Program-made: the position numbers and the translations under genes | Assembly (NCBI GenBank): GCA_012295275.1 | Contig: CM022679.1 | Location: 17,360,001-17,424,000, forward strand | DNA: 64,000 nucleotides | Direction: 5' to 3' | DNA from: Chrysomallon squamiferum | Lineage: Eukaryota > Animalia > Mollusca | Shown here: positions 28,151-41,822 of the stretch, piece after piece | Numbering within the stretch: the stretch's first letter is position 1 | Layout: every line of letters starts with the position of its first letter | Notes under the pieces: generated by a model | The model's input: the letters and a program-made list of their open reading frames with translations, nothing else | Database searches by the model: none | What the model was told of the DNA's origin: nothing

Positions 28151-31100
28151 TCAGATACTGAGTCCATCGTGTTGGAATACTTTTGACATGGAGAATATTA
28201 AAAAATTCTAACACCCACGACTTATAGGAGTTGAACGTCAGCAGAGTCTCTCGTTTCCGTTCTGCACAAGATAGCAAGCTCAGTTTAGATCTGTAATCAC
28301 GTTATAACCATTACGCTGTAAAATATTTACAAGTTCTTGTCCTCTTCGTGTAAATATCCTTGTTTTTATTACCAATGCCAAGCTAATCTTACAACAACTC
28401 TAAAATAAAGTTAAGTTACTTTCTTTAGAGCTGAATTACTCAAGAAGACTGAAACAAATCCTTGCCTGAACCCCTACATTAATTTAATTTTGAAAGTAAT
28501 ATATGAACGCATAGTCGTTTGATATATAATTTTTTTTCCTCTCTTTAAGTGTAGGTTCCACTCATAAAATTATTTAGCTACCTTGGTTATATATTTTATA
28601 GGTTTGTTTAATATTTTAATTCTTTGATAAGATAACACGGTTATTTATATCTTACTATTTACGGTCAGTATATTTAGTTTTTAAAAAGGAAACTGTTGAT
28701 TCCGCTACACTGTCTGTTTATAGAGAAAAGGCAGGCCATCTTTTATAAAAGAGTTTATATATACATTGATATATCAACTTTAATGTAATATTTTAAAATT
28801 ATCAGACAAACCGACAAACATACAAACATATAAAGCAAAACTACTAAAGAAAGAACGCGATAATATATAGGAAAATATCAACAAAAGATATGTGTATTTA
28901 TTACATATTAAATAAACATAGAGAAGAAACACGAACTGACACCATATCAGTAACTAGAACGTCAGTACAACGTCTTGGTTAATAAATAGCCTACTTCCTT
29001 GAGACGGAAAAACTATTTTACTTCTTGTTTACCCACGGCGCGGAGAAGTGACTTCTATAGGTTACCTAGAATACTGCGGGAATAACGAGTGTATTTATTA
29101 CCCTCCTCGGCGCAATCAAGTGCCATTAACCCTGTAATCTTGTGTGTTTGCTGTTAAAACAGTCGAGCAAAACGTCGCATTGATTCTTTCGCAAGCGGCT
29201 GTTTGTTTAAATGTGACATGGAGGTAATTGGTTAGCGATTACTGGCCTATCTAGATAAATGATTTCAATCGAAGAAAGACTTGAAAAATAATTACATGGT
29301 TATGTTTATTTAAGAATGAAGTAAAAAAAAGATTAAATGAACAGAGAAATGCGGCATAGAATTGAGAAAGAAATATATATATATATATAAATAAATAAAA
29401 CTCTGGGGTCTTTTTAATGACTGGAAAGAATGTATAAATGATGACTCAGAGACCAGCAAGCAGGCTGTGGTCTAAATATTGCTGCCTGAGGAGTAGTCGG
29501 CTGCTAGATCAATCTTTTTTAATGCCACCACTGACCAATTTTACATTCCAGCCTGCACTAAGTTTATCATTATTTATGAGATTTATGTTTTCCTCTCTAT
29601 GGCAAGGTGCTTACAAAAATACCTTGTTGCCACCTTAGTAGTAGTAGTAGTAACAGCCTTTGTAGTAACAGTAGTAGCAGAAAAATGTTTAGAAAAATGA
29701 AATTAACAATTTATTTTAAAGATTGATAATAGAAATATTAAAAGCCGGGACATAAAAGGCACAAGCAGTTAAATTAGATCTGTTCATTTTACACACAACA
29801 GAAAATGCTCAGAAATGCTAAGTTATTTTAATCTACAATGAAAAAACGCTTGATTTGTCCTGATTACAGTCAGTTTTCAATTTACAAATACATATTCCAG
29901 TAAAAAGCACTTAGTACGCCCTTGTAACCATCTGAATATTTCCTTACAACAATCAGTCAGTTTGTTTTCCAAACCAGACAATTTACATTTTCATTTTATC
30001 TAACGACAATTTTTATCAATTAAATTTCTGTCAAAATAAAGCAGACACGACATCTGTGGCATCGAAGCATACCGAGATGTTGGTAAACAACACAAAATAA
30101 CCAAACTCAAGCTGTTTTCCACAACCCACAAACTCTCCACGTAGTTAGCTGGCTGACCTGTTCATGATTCATAATGCATGCGATTTCAAAAAATTCTCTT
30201 CACTCGCACAACCTGAGTCACGTGGCGATTCTGTGTTTATCGGGAGACAAAGGTTTCTGCACTCCTGGACCTACCGATGAAAGAAAAACAATTTTAAAAG
30301 AAATGTGTCTTTAAAAACAGGAAATATGTTTTAAATTAATCTGGTGGAATATTTGCCAGTCAGTACATAAAAAAAATAAATAAATAAAAGAGAAATATTT
30401 TCGTGCTATCTATAAAATCACCATCTCTGTAAATCATGTGTGTCTCCTACTACATTCGATGTATATGTGTGTGTTTGTTTGATTGTGTGAATTTGTTTGT
30501 TTGTTTTGTTTGTTGTTGTTGTTGTTTTTAAATTAATTATTAGCCATATCCAGTTTCAATTTTATGATATATTTTTATTTCATGCTTTTTAAAAATTGTG
30601 GTTACTACACTGGAGAACAAACATTGTGCAAAGGATAAGATCCAAGACGTCTGACCGAAAGAAGAAACATGTTACTAGACTTATCGACCAGCAGCAACGT
30701 GTATTTTTATTATTTTTTTTTTTTTACATGTATCAACTCAGAAAGTAACACACTGGTAAGAGAGTCTACCATGAATTACCATAGAACTAAGACCACCACG
30801 GGCCATGGAGTCCCATATACTGTTAGAATCAGCCCTATAATCCTGGTGGTTAGATGCAGTATTGATTAGATTGTAAGTTTAATGAGCTGTGGATTAAGGA
30901 TTGATCATCTGCAAACCCTCTATAATTCAACGTTTTATCTGTTGTAAATCTCCAAGTGTTCTAAAATAATATCTAACTTGAGCCAAGATGACAGCATTTA
31001 ACTTTGAAAAAACATTATAGTATCTGTAGGATGACTCGTATTGAACTTATGTCTGATTGTGTACATTTCCTGATTTATTCTTTCTTGTACGTGTCCTTTT

Positions 31101-32759
31101 TCTTTTAATGTGACTATATTTATTTCTTAAAACTTACATTACTTTTAGCTTTTCACTCATTGTTATAATTTACCTTAAAAATGATTAGCATAAGCTAATC
31201 CTATCTGATCAGGACAAATATTTATACACATAACAACGGAGTTAGGGCGAACCAATCTTTTTTTACTGTCAATAATATATAAACATTATTCAACTTAAGA
31301 CAGAACCAGGAAAGATCAACAATGTTTTTACTGTACTTCTGACTTGTTCAACAGCATGTAAATATTGGCAAGTCGCCATAAACAAACCAGATAAATTAAT
31401 TTTACAAAATGGTCCACCTGAGGACTATTTCAAGTGGCCACCTACATGACGTATTGACTTCCAATCGCTTTGATCTATGGCCACTGGTCTTTCGCGGTTC
31501 GTCACGATATTTTGTGTTGACTTAATTAATTAGTGCCACATTGTTGCACCTGACAGTTCACTCACTAAAGCAAGCCTGTTTTATGATTTGTCACGCGACC
31601 TATTCTAATTATGCATATTTATTTATTTAGGTTTTTTTTCGCATTATCATAACTGTTTGAAACTCGTAAAGTGCATTAATCAGGCGCGCTAAAAAAGATG
31701 TCTCTATGTCTCTTTCAAAAAAAAAATGAATATTGATCACACACACACAACCAGAATTAAATATCTGACTGAACTATTTAATATCATAGCTAGGAAAAAC
31801 ATTAAAATCGAGTGGAAAATTGTTTTGTTTTGACTATTCATGGTTGACGATAACATTTTTAAGAATCTACATGTCCTGTCTACATTTAAACTAATAATTA
31901 TAATGCTATAAATCCGTTACTGAATAGCTTCAGAGAATATATCCACTCTAGTTCAGCTCCATTAATTCAAAATGAGACAGGTACAAGCTGACATCTTTAT
32001 AGGTTAACTGTGGTTATGTAAAGTCAAAAACCTTTCTGTTATTAACTAATATACTAAAACTAATCTTGTTATGAAAATTATTCTTTGTTTATGATTTGTG
32101 TGGCAGACCAGGCTTTGATCAGTGAACAAATTTTAATATAAAACTAAAACTAACTTCGTCCAGAGAATAAATCCTTGTTTGCTTTGACAAACAATGTGGA
32201 CATTTTTATTTTACTGTAAGCCCGTTGTGACCATATTGGAAGCTTAAATTCTGATTGGTGTTGCTATGGTTACTACAAATTTAAGCCTTTAAATTGAGAG
32301 TCTTTGTGAATCGAATAAACTCCGTGGTCAAAAACATATACAGTTTCCAACATAATCTATCTTGGCGAGTCTGTTGGATCAACGACAAGTTGTTCAGGAG
32401 TGTTGGCATTCACACGTGGTAAAATGTATCATGTCGTTTTGTAATCTTTTAATAATCATCTAAAAAAACCACCCTATACTTCGCAGGTGATAAAGACATT
32501 TGAAAGACTTAAATGTAACTCAGGTAATATAATATTACGAGAAAGTCATAACCTCTTGTTAATGATGTTCTGAAAACAAGATCAAAATTAATTTATAACA
32601 AACCATGAAACACTCAGCACTGTGAAAAAAAAAAATAAAAATGAAAATAAAGTAAATAAATAAATAAATAAATAAATAATAAAATTAAAAAATAAATAAA
32701 TTAAAAACTATGAAATTTCATAATAATAATAATAATAATACATATAATAATAATAAATA

Positions 32760-32793
<34 letters not shown>

Positions 32794-34700
32794 CATAATA
32801 ATAAATACAATAATAATAAACAGAACAAAAATTAATAATAATTAATTTTAACAAAAGAAAATAAATTCTTCTTCTAAAAACAAAGTGAAGAAAAAAAAAA
32901 AAAAAAAAAAAGAAAAGGAAAGAAGTAAATTTATTATATATTACTGGACAAATAATGATGAGTTTCAAATAAATATCACATAACTTTAGACTACTTCAGA
33001 GCAGTAAAAGTCATTCTCCACTGTGAAAAATTAATTAGTCTGTGTTTGAATAATACAAATACACTAATAACCACTTCTTATTTAATATATTCAATCTTTC
33101 TATCTGATTCTCTCTTTAAGACTGCATCCTGTAATTTAGAAATCATTTAATTGCCTGGAATAATGAGATACAAGTTTTGGTCCGGAAGTCGACTGTTGAA
33201 AATCTATATTGCAAATGGTTCCCTGACGATGAAAGAGTTTCAGTTATTACGTGACAGTAGCTGTCCGCCTCAGTGAAGTGTCGACAGCTTTTAAAACATG
33301 TTTTTAAATGTATTACTGACCAAGCTTTAATCTACACCATTCAAATAAAATAGGCGTCTTTCTTGTGAAAGTAGTTGAGCGCCGAACTTTTTAAAAAAAA
33401 TTTATCTTTCCTCATTAACAACACAACGTCAAATTGCTGCTGGAGTCGACGATAAACGGCAAAAAAATAAAATTCAAAAATAAAATAAAAAAATAGAAGA
33501 AAAAAGAAATAGGGCATTGTCGTTTGAAAAAATGTGCGAGTCAGGACTGTACGGGATCACCTTGTCGAAGTATGGTGCATTTTCCGATCGGAACGCCCCT
33601 GCATTCAACAACATACATAAACAATTATACATTAAGATTAGGTTCATAACGTGAAGCAAGCTGTTAAGATCGACTCAGTAGTCGAGTTTGGAAGGCAGTT
33701 TCCATAATGTCAATTAAATAGAGCGTTTCGAGTGTAATTTTCTACTGCTGTTTTCTTTATTTGTTTTTCATTTATGAAAATAATTAACGTGTTAACTTGC
33801 ATGCTTGTTTGCTGATTAACTGAGCAGCTTGTAATTTCACAGAGTGAATGAAATAATTATGTACTAACAGACTGTAGTTAACTTAGTTCGAATTCATTTA
33901 TTAATTCTAATAAATCCAGCTGAAATGAAAATTTTAAATAGCAGTTATTTCTCAAGTTATGGAAATTAATATTAAAAATAGTTTATAAAATGTTTAAATA
34001 TTAACTTCTGCTTATAACTATTTTAAATATATTTAGTGATGATCTATATGAAACTATTCTTTTAAACTATCATGGTTGAAAATGACAATACTTTTTATTT
34101 TGTGTATACATATGAGCCACGTAGCCAGTCAGCAGTTCAAAACGCGGTATTTATGATCGCTTAGGCTTAGAACTGCGTCGACACCGCAACTCCTAAATTT
34201 TGTTTTATAAATCACGAATACTTTATCTTGCAAGCCTTTTCGAAAACAATGACAGTTTTTATCCCTATTACTGACTGTTAGAATGCTTCAACATTACACC
34301 ACATTACGACTTCAGTACAGCTGAAATAAGGTGGCACAAAAGATCTGCGGCCTTTTTAAGAGAGATAATTACTGGGTAGTACGCCAGGTGTCGTGTCAAT
34401 AGCTAATGCGATCGAAGTATTAAATGCGCCTCACGGCAACAAAACAGTTGAAATAAAAATTTCACTTCATTTTCCATCTTTGAAAATTACATATTTTGAA
34501 CGGTAACATTGGTTGTTCCAGTTTCTGCGTTTTGCACGAATTAGAAATAGAATGTAATGGAGACTGAAATCTATTTATTTTATTTTATTTCATTATATAT
34601 ATCAATATCTGTCTATCTATCTATATATAATATCATTTTATTCTTTGTAGTCATATAAACTGTATCCAGCTATTAGCAGAAAAACTATGCCTTTCAGTGC

Positions 34701-34760
<60 letters not shown>

Positions 34761-34898
34761 CAGAGCGATTATCCATTAGATTTTTAAAAATCAAAGTTTA
34801 TTAGAGAGTTCAGCAGTATGTAAAATTATTATTATTATTATTATTATTATTATTGTTATTATTATTATTGTTATTATTATTATTATTATTATTATTTT

Positions 34899-35208
34899 TA
34901 TAACTGTTGTTGTTTACTGATTTTTCTAAATTTATTTTTCAACATCTAGAAAATATTATCATCATCAACTAAAACAATAAACGTATTGGACTGATAATAA
35001 CAATAAAAACAAAAATAATCACATTTTATATTCCTTTTTTAAATTCTTATTTCCTTCTTTTTAAAAAACAAACAAACAACAAAACTCTCTTCTCTCTCTT
35101 TCATTCTTTCGTTCTCCTTTTTACGAGTGTTTAAATTTCAGATTTTAAACAAAGATGTCGGTTATCAGTAAACCTGAACATGCTGAATTCATTAACGTCG
35201 TCATCTGC
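34899..35208 (-). repeat. Right arm of long intronic inverted repeat (partner 22526-22860)
   Basis: Runs tataactgttgttgtttactgatttttctaaa...aaacaaagatgtcggttatcagtaaacctgaacatgctgaattcattaacgtcgtcatctgc. Confidence 0.93.
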
Positions 35209-37430
35209 TCTTTAACATTTTTTTTTTCAGTTCTCGATAGCAGAGGAGTATCTTCCACTGAAAATAAAAAGATGCTTGCAAAACGATGAAATTAATAAAA
35301 CAATTTTTTTTTTTTTTGAATCTTTAGTTTAGTTGTTCTTAATTATTGATAGAAGAGCAGTACTTTTCAGAGAACATACAGAGCTCTGGATAATGACGAT
35401 ATTTGTGAAAATCCTTAAAGTATACACTGCTCTACCAAAACAGCATTTCAAACTGAAAACGAGAATAACAATGAAAACTGGAACAAAGACGTAAACAAAC
35501 GTCTGTGTGAGCAAACCACTAAAATAATAAAACAATCAGTGTCTCTTTCAGATGTCTGACTTCAGTTTGAAACCAAAATTCAAATAAATAGTGAACGCTA
35601 AATCTCTTCTTGGATTTGTGTCGAGTGATGCGATAGTTTTGGTGTGGTTTGTTTACTCTCTAAAGGCAGAGGATTAAGCTGGCTTATCGTTCCTTCTTGG
35701 AGCTCTTTCAGTTTAAAGAGAAGTGTTCCCACCTGTGTGAGGACACGTGCCATGGATTTAGTGGAAGGCCACACGATATCGCTAACTTTATCTCGCAGCT
35801 TTCAATTTTGTCTGTTAATGTACACGGAGCACTGATTGAAAACCAACCAGTAAGTGAAAAAAGAACGAATTACTACTTTTTAAAATATTTTTATTTGTAA
35901 AAAAAAAATTTGAATAATAACAACAACAACAACAACAACAACAACAAAAATAAAGTTAGTGTGGTATTTAATGATTTACAGCTGTTATTTAAAGAAATTT
36001 ATATATTTTTTAAATAAATAATTTAGTTAGTTATTTCTATATGTTCAGCAAATTGTAACCAGAAAAATGGTGAAGGGGGCGGATCTGTGATTACAGAAAA
36101 GAGAAGGCCATTATCATTATGTTTAAAATAGTTCATAATTATAACCGGGGCCCAAAGTTCAGCCCTGTATCTGCATATTTTTACAGTTTTGGAAAGGAAT
36201 TCATTTTTAACGTTAATGCATATATATAGTTGATGTCATGTATAAGTTCAGTAATCTAAAAGTACAACTATTATCAAATCGGTCAGTTAATTCATATAGG
36301 GTCAAACAATAAAACTTAAACCAGCAATATAAACTGAACAGAAATTTTAATAAAAACACAGCTTTGGAAATATAACCTGTGTCCAGATATCAAGATTTTG
36401 GGCGCCTAATATTTGTGAACGAGAATTTGTAAACATACACACTAAATGAGTATCTCGATTACAAAGTAACAACAAATACATTTTGCAGGTTAGTGGATGT
36501 GTTTTTAACTTTGTGTCTCGAGTGACGTTCAGCTTCAGTTTATGAACTTGTAGGATTCTGGACCTCCTAAAGAGTTTTTACGAGATAAGAAAGTCTGAGT
36601 TGTCAGATTAACAGAAATTACAACGTGTGTATGTAGACATATCAAAGCAACTAAACACTGACTCGAGTAGAACTGTGAGAAAATAAAATAAAAAATACAT
36701 GAACTTTGACTGGTAATGAGAATGAAAACAAATGTGAAACGTCACACTATCGAGGTTGTTAAATTATAATTGATTTTCTTCTGAAATGTCTTCTGACATC
36801 TAGATGAATCTTTGTAAAATATACTATGTCTAGTTATTCTAAGTAATTTCATTGTTGTTGTTTTGGTGTGTTTTTTAAAATTTATTTATTTATTTATTTT
36901 TATTTTAACGAAAGAAAAAGAAAAAAGAAACAGTAAAAACAAAAATTTCATCATCAAATTTATGTCCAAGAAATTGACCTCTTCTTTCTGAAATCACAAT
37001 CTTCCTTTACATTTTTACAATTTAGATTTTTATTATTTTTTAATTAATTAAAACTAGATCCTTTGATGTATTTTTTACTGCTAATAAAACTTCTGTTTAC
37101 CTGTCACATTTAAAGGCAAGTAATTATGTTTGAGAAAATACAAAAGCTTTAATGATTTTATGTAGATTTCACATTTGATCTGACTCTAAACCTCTAAACA
37201 GATATTAACCGACCTAATTTATTATTTTTGTCCTACCTTTCATGTTTAGGTCAACGTTTTCCAACCATAGTTACATAAATCTAGAAACTTAGTGATAAAC
37301 CAAAGTAGATTTGATAGGTTAGTATATTGTTGTGTCCGAGATAAAAGAATAAATCAATAGCATTTAATAAAAGAAAAACTAAACTGATAACCCTGATACA
37401 CGAGTTGAATGCAGAGAGAGCGAGAGAGAG

Positions 37431-39174
37431 AGAGAGAGAGAGAGTACAGACTGAGAGAGGATGTACAAAGAGCAAGTACAGAGAGAGTACAGTCTGAGAG
37501 AGAATGTACAGACAGCAAGTTCAGAGAGTACAGACTAAGAGAGAATGTACAAACAGCAAGTACAGAGAGAGTACAGTATGAGAGAGAATGTACAAACAGC
37601 AAGTACAGAGAGATTAGAGACTGAGAGAGAATGTACAAAGAGCAAGTACAGAGAGAGTACAGTATGAGAGAGAATGTATGAACAGCAAGTACAGGGAGAG
37701 TACAGACTGAGAGAGAATGTACAAAGAGCAAGTTCAGAGAGAGTACAGAGAGAATGTACAAACAGCAAGTACAGAGAGAGTACAATCTGAGAGAGAATGT
37801 ACAAAGAGCAAGTACAGAGAGAGTACAGACTCAGAGAGAATGTACAAAGAGCAAGTACAGAGAGAGTACAGTCTGAGAGAGAATGTACAAAGAGCAAGTA
37901 CAGAGAGAGTACAGTCTGAGAGAGAATGTACAAAGAGCAAGTACAGAGAGAGTACAGTCTGAGAGAGAATGTTCAAAGAGCAAGTACAGAGAGAGTACAG
38001 AGAGAATGTACAAAGAGCAAGTACAGAGAGAATGTACAAAGAGCAAGTACAGAGAGAGTACAGTCTGAGAAAGAATGTACAAAGAGCAAGTACAGAGAGA
38101 GTACAGTCTGAGAGAGAATGTACAAAGAGCAAGTACAGAGAGAGTACAGTCTGAGAGAGAATGTACAAACAGCAAGTACAGAGAGAGTATAGAGAATGTA
38201 CAAAGAGCAAGTACAGAGAGAGTACAGAGAGAATGTACAAAGAGCAAGTACAGAGAGAGTACAGTCTGAGAGAGAATGTACAAATAGCAAGTACAGAGAG
38301 AGTACAGACTGAGAGAGAATGTACAAAGAGCAAGTACAGAGAGAGTACAGTCTGAGAGAGAATGTACAAAGAGCAAGTTCAGAGAGTAGACTGAGAGAGA
38401 ATGTACAAAGAGCAAGTTCAGAGAGTACAGTCTGAGAGAGAATGTACAAAGAGCAAGTACAGAGAGAGTACAGAGAGAATGTACAAAGAGCAAGTACAGA
38501 GAGAGTACAGTCTGAGAAAGAATGTACAAAGAGCAAGTACAGAGAGAGTACAGACTCAGAGAGAATGTACAAAGAGCAAGTACAGAGAGAGTACAGTCTG
38601 AGAAAGAATGTACAAACAGCAAGTTCAGAGAGTAGAGACTGAGAGAGAATGTACAAAGAGCAATTACAAATAGAGTACAGAGAGAATGTACAAAGAGCAA
38701 GTACAGAGAGAGTACAGTCTGAGAGAGAATGTACAAAGAGCACGTTCAGAGAGTAGAGACTGAGAGAGAATGTACAAAGAGCAAGTACACAGAGAGTACA
38801 GAGAGAATGTACAAAGAGCAAGTACAGAGAGAGTACAGTCTGAGAGAGAATGTACAAAGAGCAAGTTCAGAGAGTAGAGACTGAGAGAGAATGTACAAAG
38901 AGCAAGTACAGAGAGAGTACAGAGAGAATGTACAAAGAGCAAGTACAGAGATAGTACAGTCTGAGAGAGAATGTACAAAGAGCAAGTTCAGAGAGTAGAG
39001 ACTGAGAGAAAATGTACAAAGAGCAAGTTCAGAGAGAGTACAGAGAGAATGTACAAAGAGCAAGTTCAGAGAGAGTACAGAGAGAATGTACAAAGAGCAA
39101 GTACAGAGAGAGTACAGTCTGAGAGAGAATGTACAAAGAGCAAGTACAGAGAGAGTACAGACTCAGAGAGAATG
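37431..39174. repeat. Purine-rich minisatellite, 43 bp consensus gagagagtacagtctgagagagaatgtacaaagagcaagtaca, about 40 copies with shorter variants
   Basis: Seen directly; it accounts for all overlapping ORFs at 37.3-39.2 kb. Confidence 0.97.
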
Positions 39175-39408
39175 ATTTATATTATTTTGTTCTGAATAAA
39201 CCGTACAAAAACACGTTTACGAGGCCACCTATACGAACACAAGCATATTTATATACATATCGGTCTAGGCTGATATTTACTTTTGAAATAAACGTTTAAA
39301 CCTATCTTTCATTTCTTCTTTTTCTTTTTCATAGAAATAAATAAGTAAGTCAGAATATGAAAATATCGCCTGTCTGCAGTTTATTTAATTATTTATTAAT
39401 TTATTATA

Positions 39409-39487
<79 letters not shown>

Positions 39488-40071
39488 AAACCGAGAAGTA
39501 TGTATTTTGTATTAAAACTTAAAAGTGGTACGTAAAATTATATATTAAATTAAGCCAGTATATTAACTGTATTATCAAACACTTCATAAGTATTTAACAT
39601 AAATATTTTTATAGAGTAATATCTGATGGGTAGGTAATACTGAAAAATTATCAAGTATAGTTTAACATTAGCCAAGACATGTTTTTTTTATTATATACAT
39701 GAAAACAGGTAAAAAAAAAATACACGATTTTTTAATAAAATATTCACAGAATCTGTATAAAAGTAAATGTAATGGCGTGAATAAATAGATCAGATAAGAC
39801 TAACTGGTGTATTGAAATAATAAATAAATTACAATAATTAGAAAGTAGGCAGCTTCTACCATTCTTATCCTCAGGTTGAAGATAAATCCTACTTGATAAT
39901 TTATTTATAGAGGTAACTGTATAGTTAATACAGCTGGACAACTGAGCTGATATTTTATTTATGTTAATTGCTTTTCAGATGTACTTGAAGTATACAACCG
40001 TTGAAAACTGAGATATTCTGTTGTTAACAGTGTAACAGTACGTACATTTAATCTCTCTAAAATCAAATTCT

Positions 40072-40170
40072 GAAGCGCACTGGTAAGGCAGTGGACCTTG
40101 AAACCAAAAGGTTCTTAGGTCACAGCCACAACCACTTCTCGGCTTCCATCCAGATCTAATTGAATTAAGA
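40072..40170 (+). mobile_element. Possible decayed tRNA-derived SINE head
   Basis: gcgcactggtaaggcagtggaccttgaaacc...ggtcacagcc resembles a D-arm/A-box plus a degenerate B-box. It does not form a complete cloverleaf. Confidence 0.28.
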
Positions 40171-41782
40171 CATCTTTCTGATAAATAAGCTAATCTCTAA
40201 TACTCGAATGTTGAAATTTTACAGTATTTTACCGTATCAGAACTACAACAATTAACTTTCAATATTAAAAACAGGAACGATTAAATGATTCAGAATCCAA
40301 TTTAAGAACAGCTGACTGTTGTTAGCAAAATGCAATATTGTACACAGAAATATTGCGTATGGCAACATCGTTTTTTATCTTCTTTTTTCGTCAGTAATTA
40401 AGCTAATACAAGATACTATCTTTCTTTGAAATATGCCCCTGGTTAATACTGTCTTAAACCAAATTCTGGACTCTGTGAAGCAGACCGATGTAAACAGGTG
40501 TCATAATTATGGTTGATGGATTGAATGTCACACTCCCTGGAAATAGCAAAATGTAAAAACGATGGCATTAATGACAAAGGTAAAAATAACACACTGAACT
40601 ATACTTCTAATTCTCAAAAACGAAAACAGGAAAAAAAATAGGCTAGTAATTATAACCACAGTTCTGATTCTGTATTCTGACACATGTCGCGCCAGTTCAA
40701 GCATTATTTGTAAACCTAGTGACACTGGAGAGTGTTATTGTTTGTTAGTGAGAAGAAGGTGATACGTGGAAACCCCGCGGAGAATTAACCTGGCTAAGAA
40801 CATTCTGTGAACACACACAACACCTAAACAGGTAACATCGCAGCTGGAAACAAACCAAATTGCCTTCATTTGGGATCACAAACTTTGACGCTCTTTGTCA
40901 CTGAAGAACATGACTTGTTATCTGGGGCTGCAAGCCGTGTTATCCTTTGTATGTAAATTATAGATGAAACTACAGTTAACTCTGTACGAATGTTTGTATA
41001 CAGTGTGTCGTCGTGTTTTTCTGTTTGTTATGATTGTAATTCTAAAATGTCTGTGTACTTATGAATGTTTGACATATAATATTCAGGTACATTTGTGATA
41101 TCTATGTATGTATGTATATGTGTATGTATGAATGAATGAATGAATGAATGTATGTATGTATGTACGTAGGTTCATTCGTGTATATATATGTGTGTGTGTA
41201 ATAAGGTATGACTGATTTATATGGTTCATTAATAATAGAGATCGTTTTTTGTATTTTTAATGAACCATATACATCAGTCATACCTTCTTACACACACACA
41301 CACACACGCACACGCACACACACACACACACACGCTCGCACGCACACACACACACACACATACAGAGAGAAATGAATATAACAAGGCGGTTTCGGCTTCA
41401 GTGATTAGTAATGTAATAAAACTTGCGGACTCCTTAGCTGAGTTTTTTACATGTATTTAAAATGTATTTCGAAAACCACTGAAGAAATTTATCAAATAGA
41501 GTACAATCCTTGAAGTCAGTTTATTTCATTAAATAATTTTAATATTAAACAAAGAAGGTAATCTGATGACGTATGGATTAATTCAATAGTGGTTTAATTA
41601 AAGTGGGGTGCTCTCAAACTCTAAATATTCTTTTGTCACTAGCAGTGGATCTGATCGTTTTTCGTTAATAATAATTAATGATATTATCGTACAATATACA
41701 TGTGTTCACTGGGAACAAAAAAGAAAGATTAGATTAAATGTGATGAAAGAAAAGAATATGGTAATTTGATTTTTCCTTACAG

Positions 41783-41822
<40 letters not shown>

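Noticed and set aside
36073-36167. Possible small non-autonomous DNA transposon (ggggcggatctg...cagccctg)
   Set aside because: The termini are only loosely complementary and there is no TSD; too weak to call.
37281-39195. Many long overlapping ORFs (up to 301 aa) on both strands
   Set aside because: They are translations of the 43 bp minisatellite: the same peptide recurs in all frames and no domain is present.
40072-40150. Functional tRNA gene
   Set aside because: It lacks an intact T-loop GTTCRA and acceptor stem; at most it is a SINE relic.
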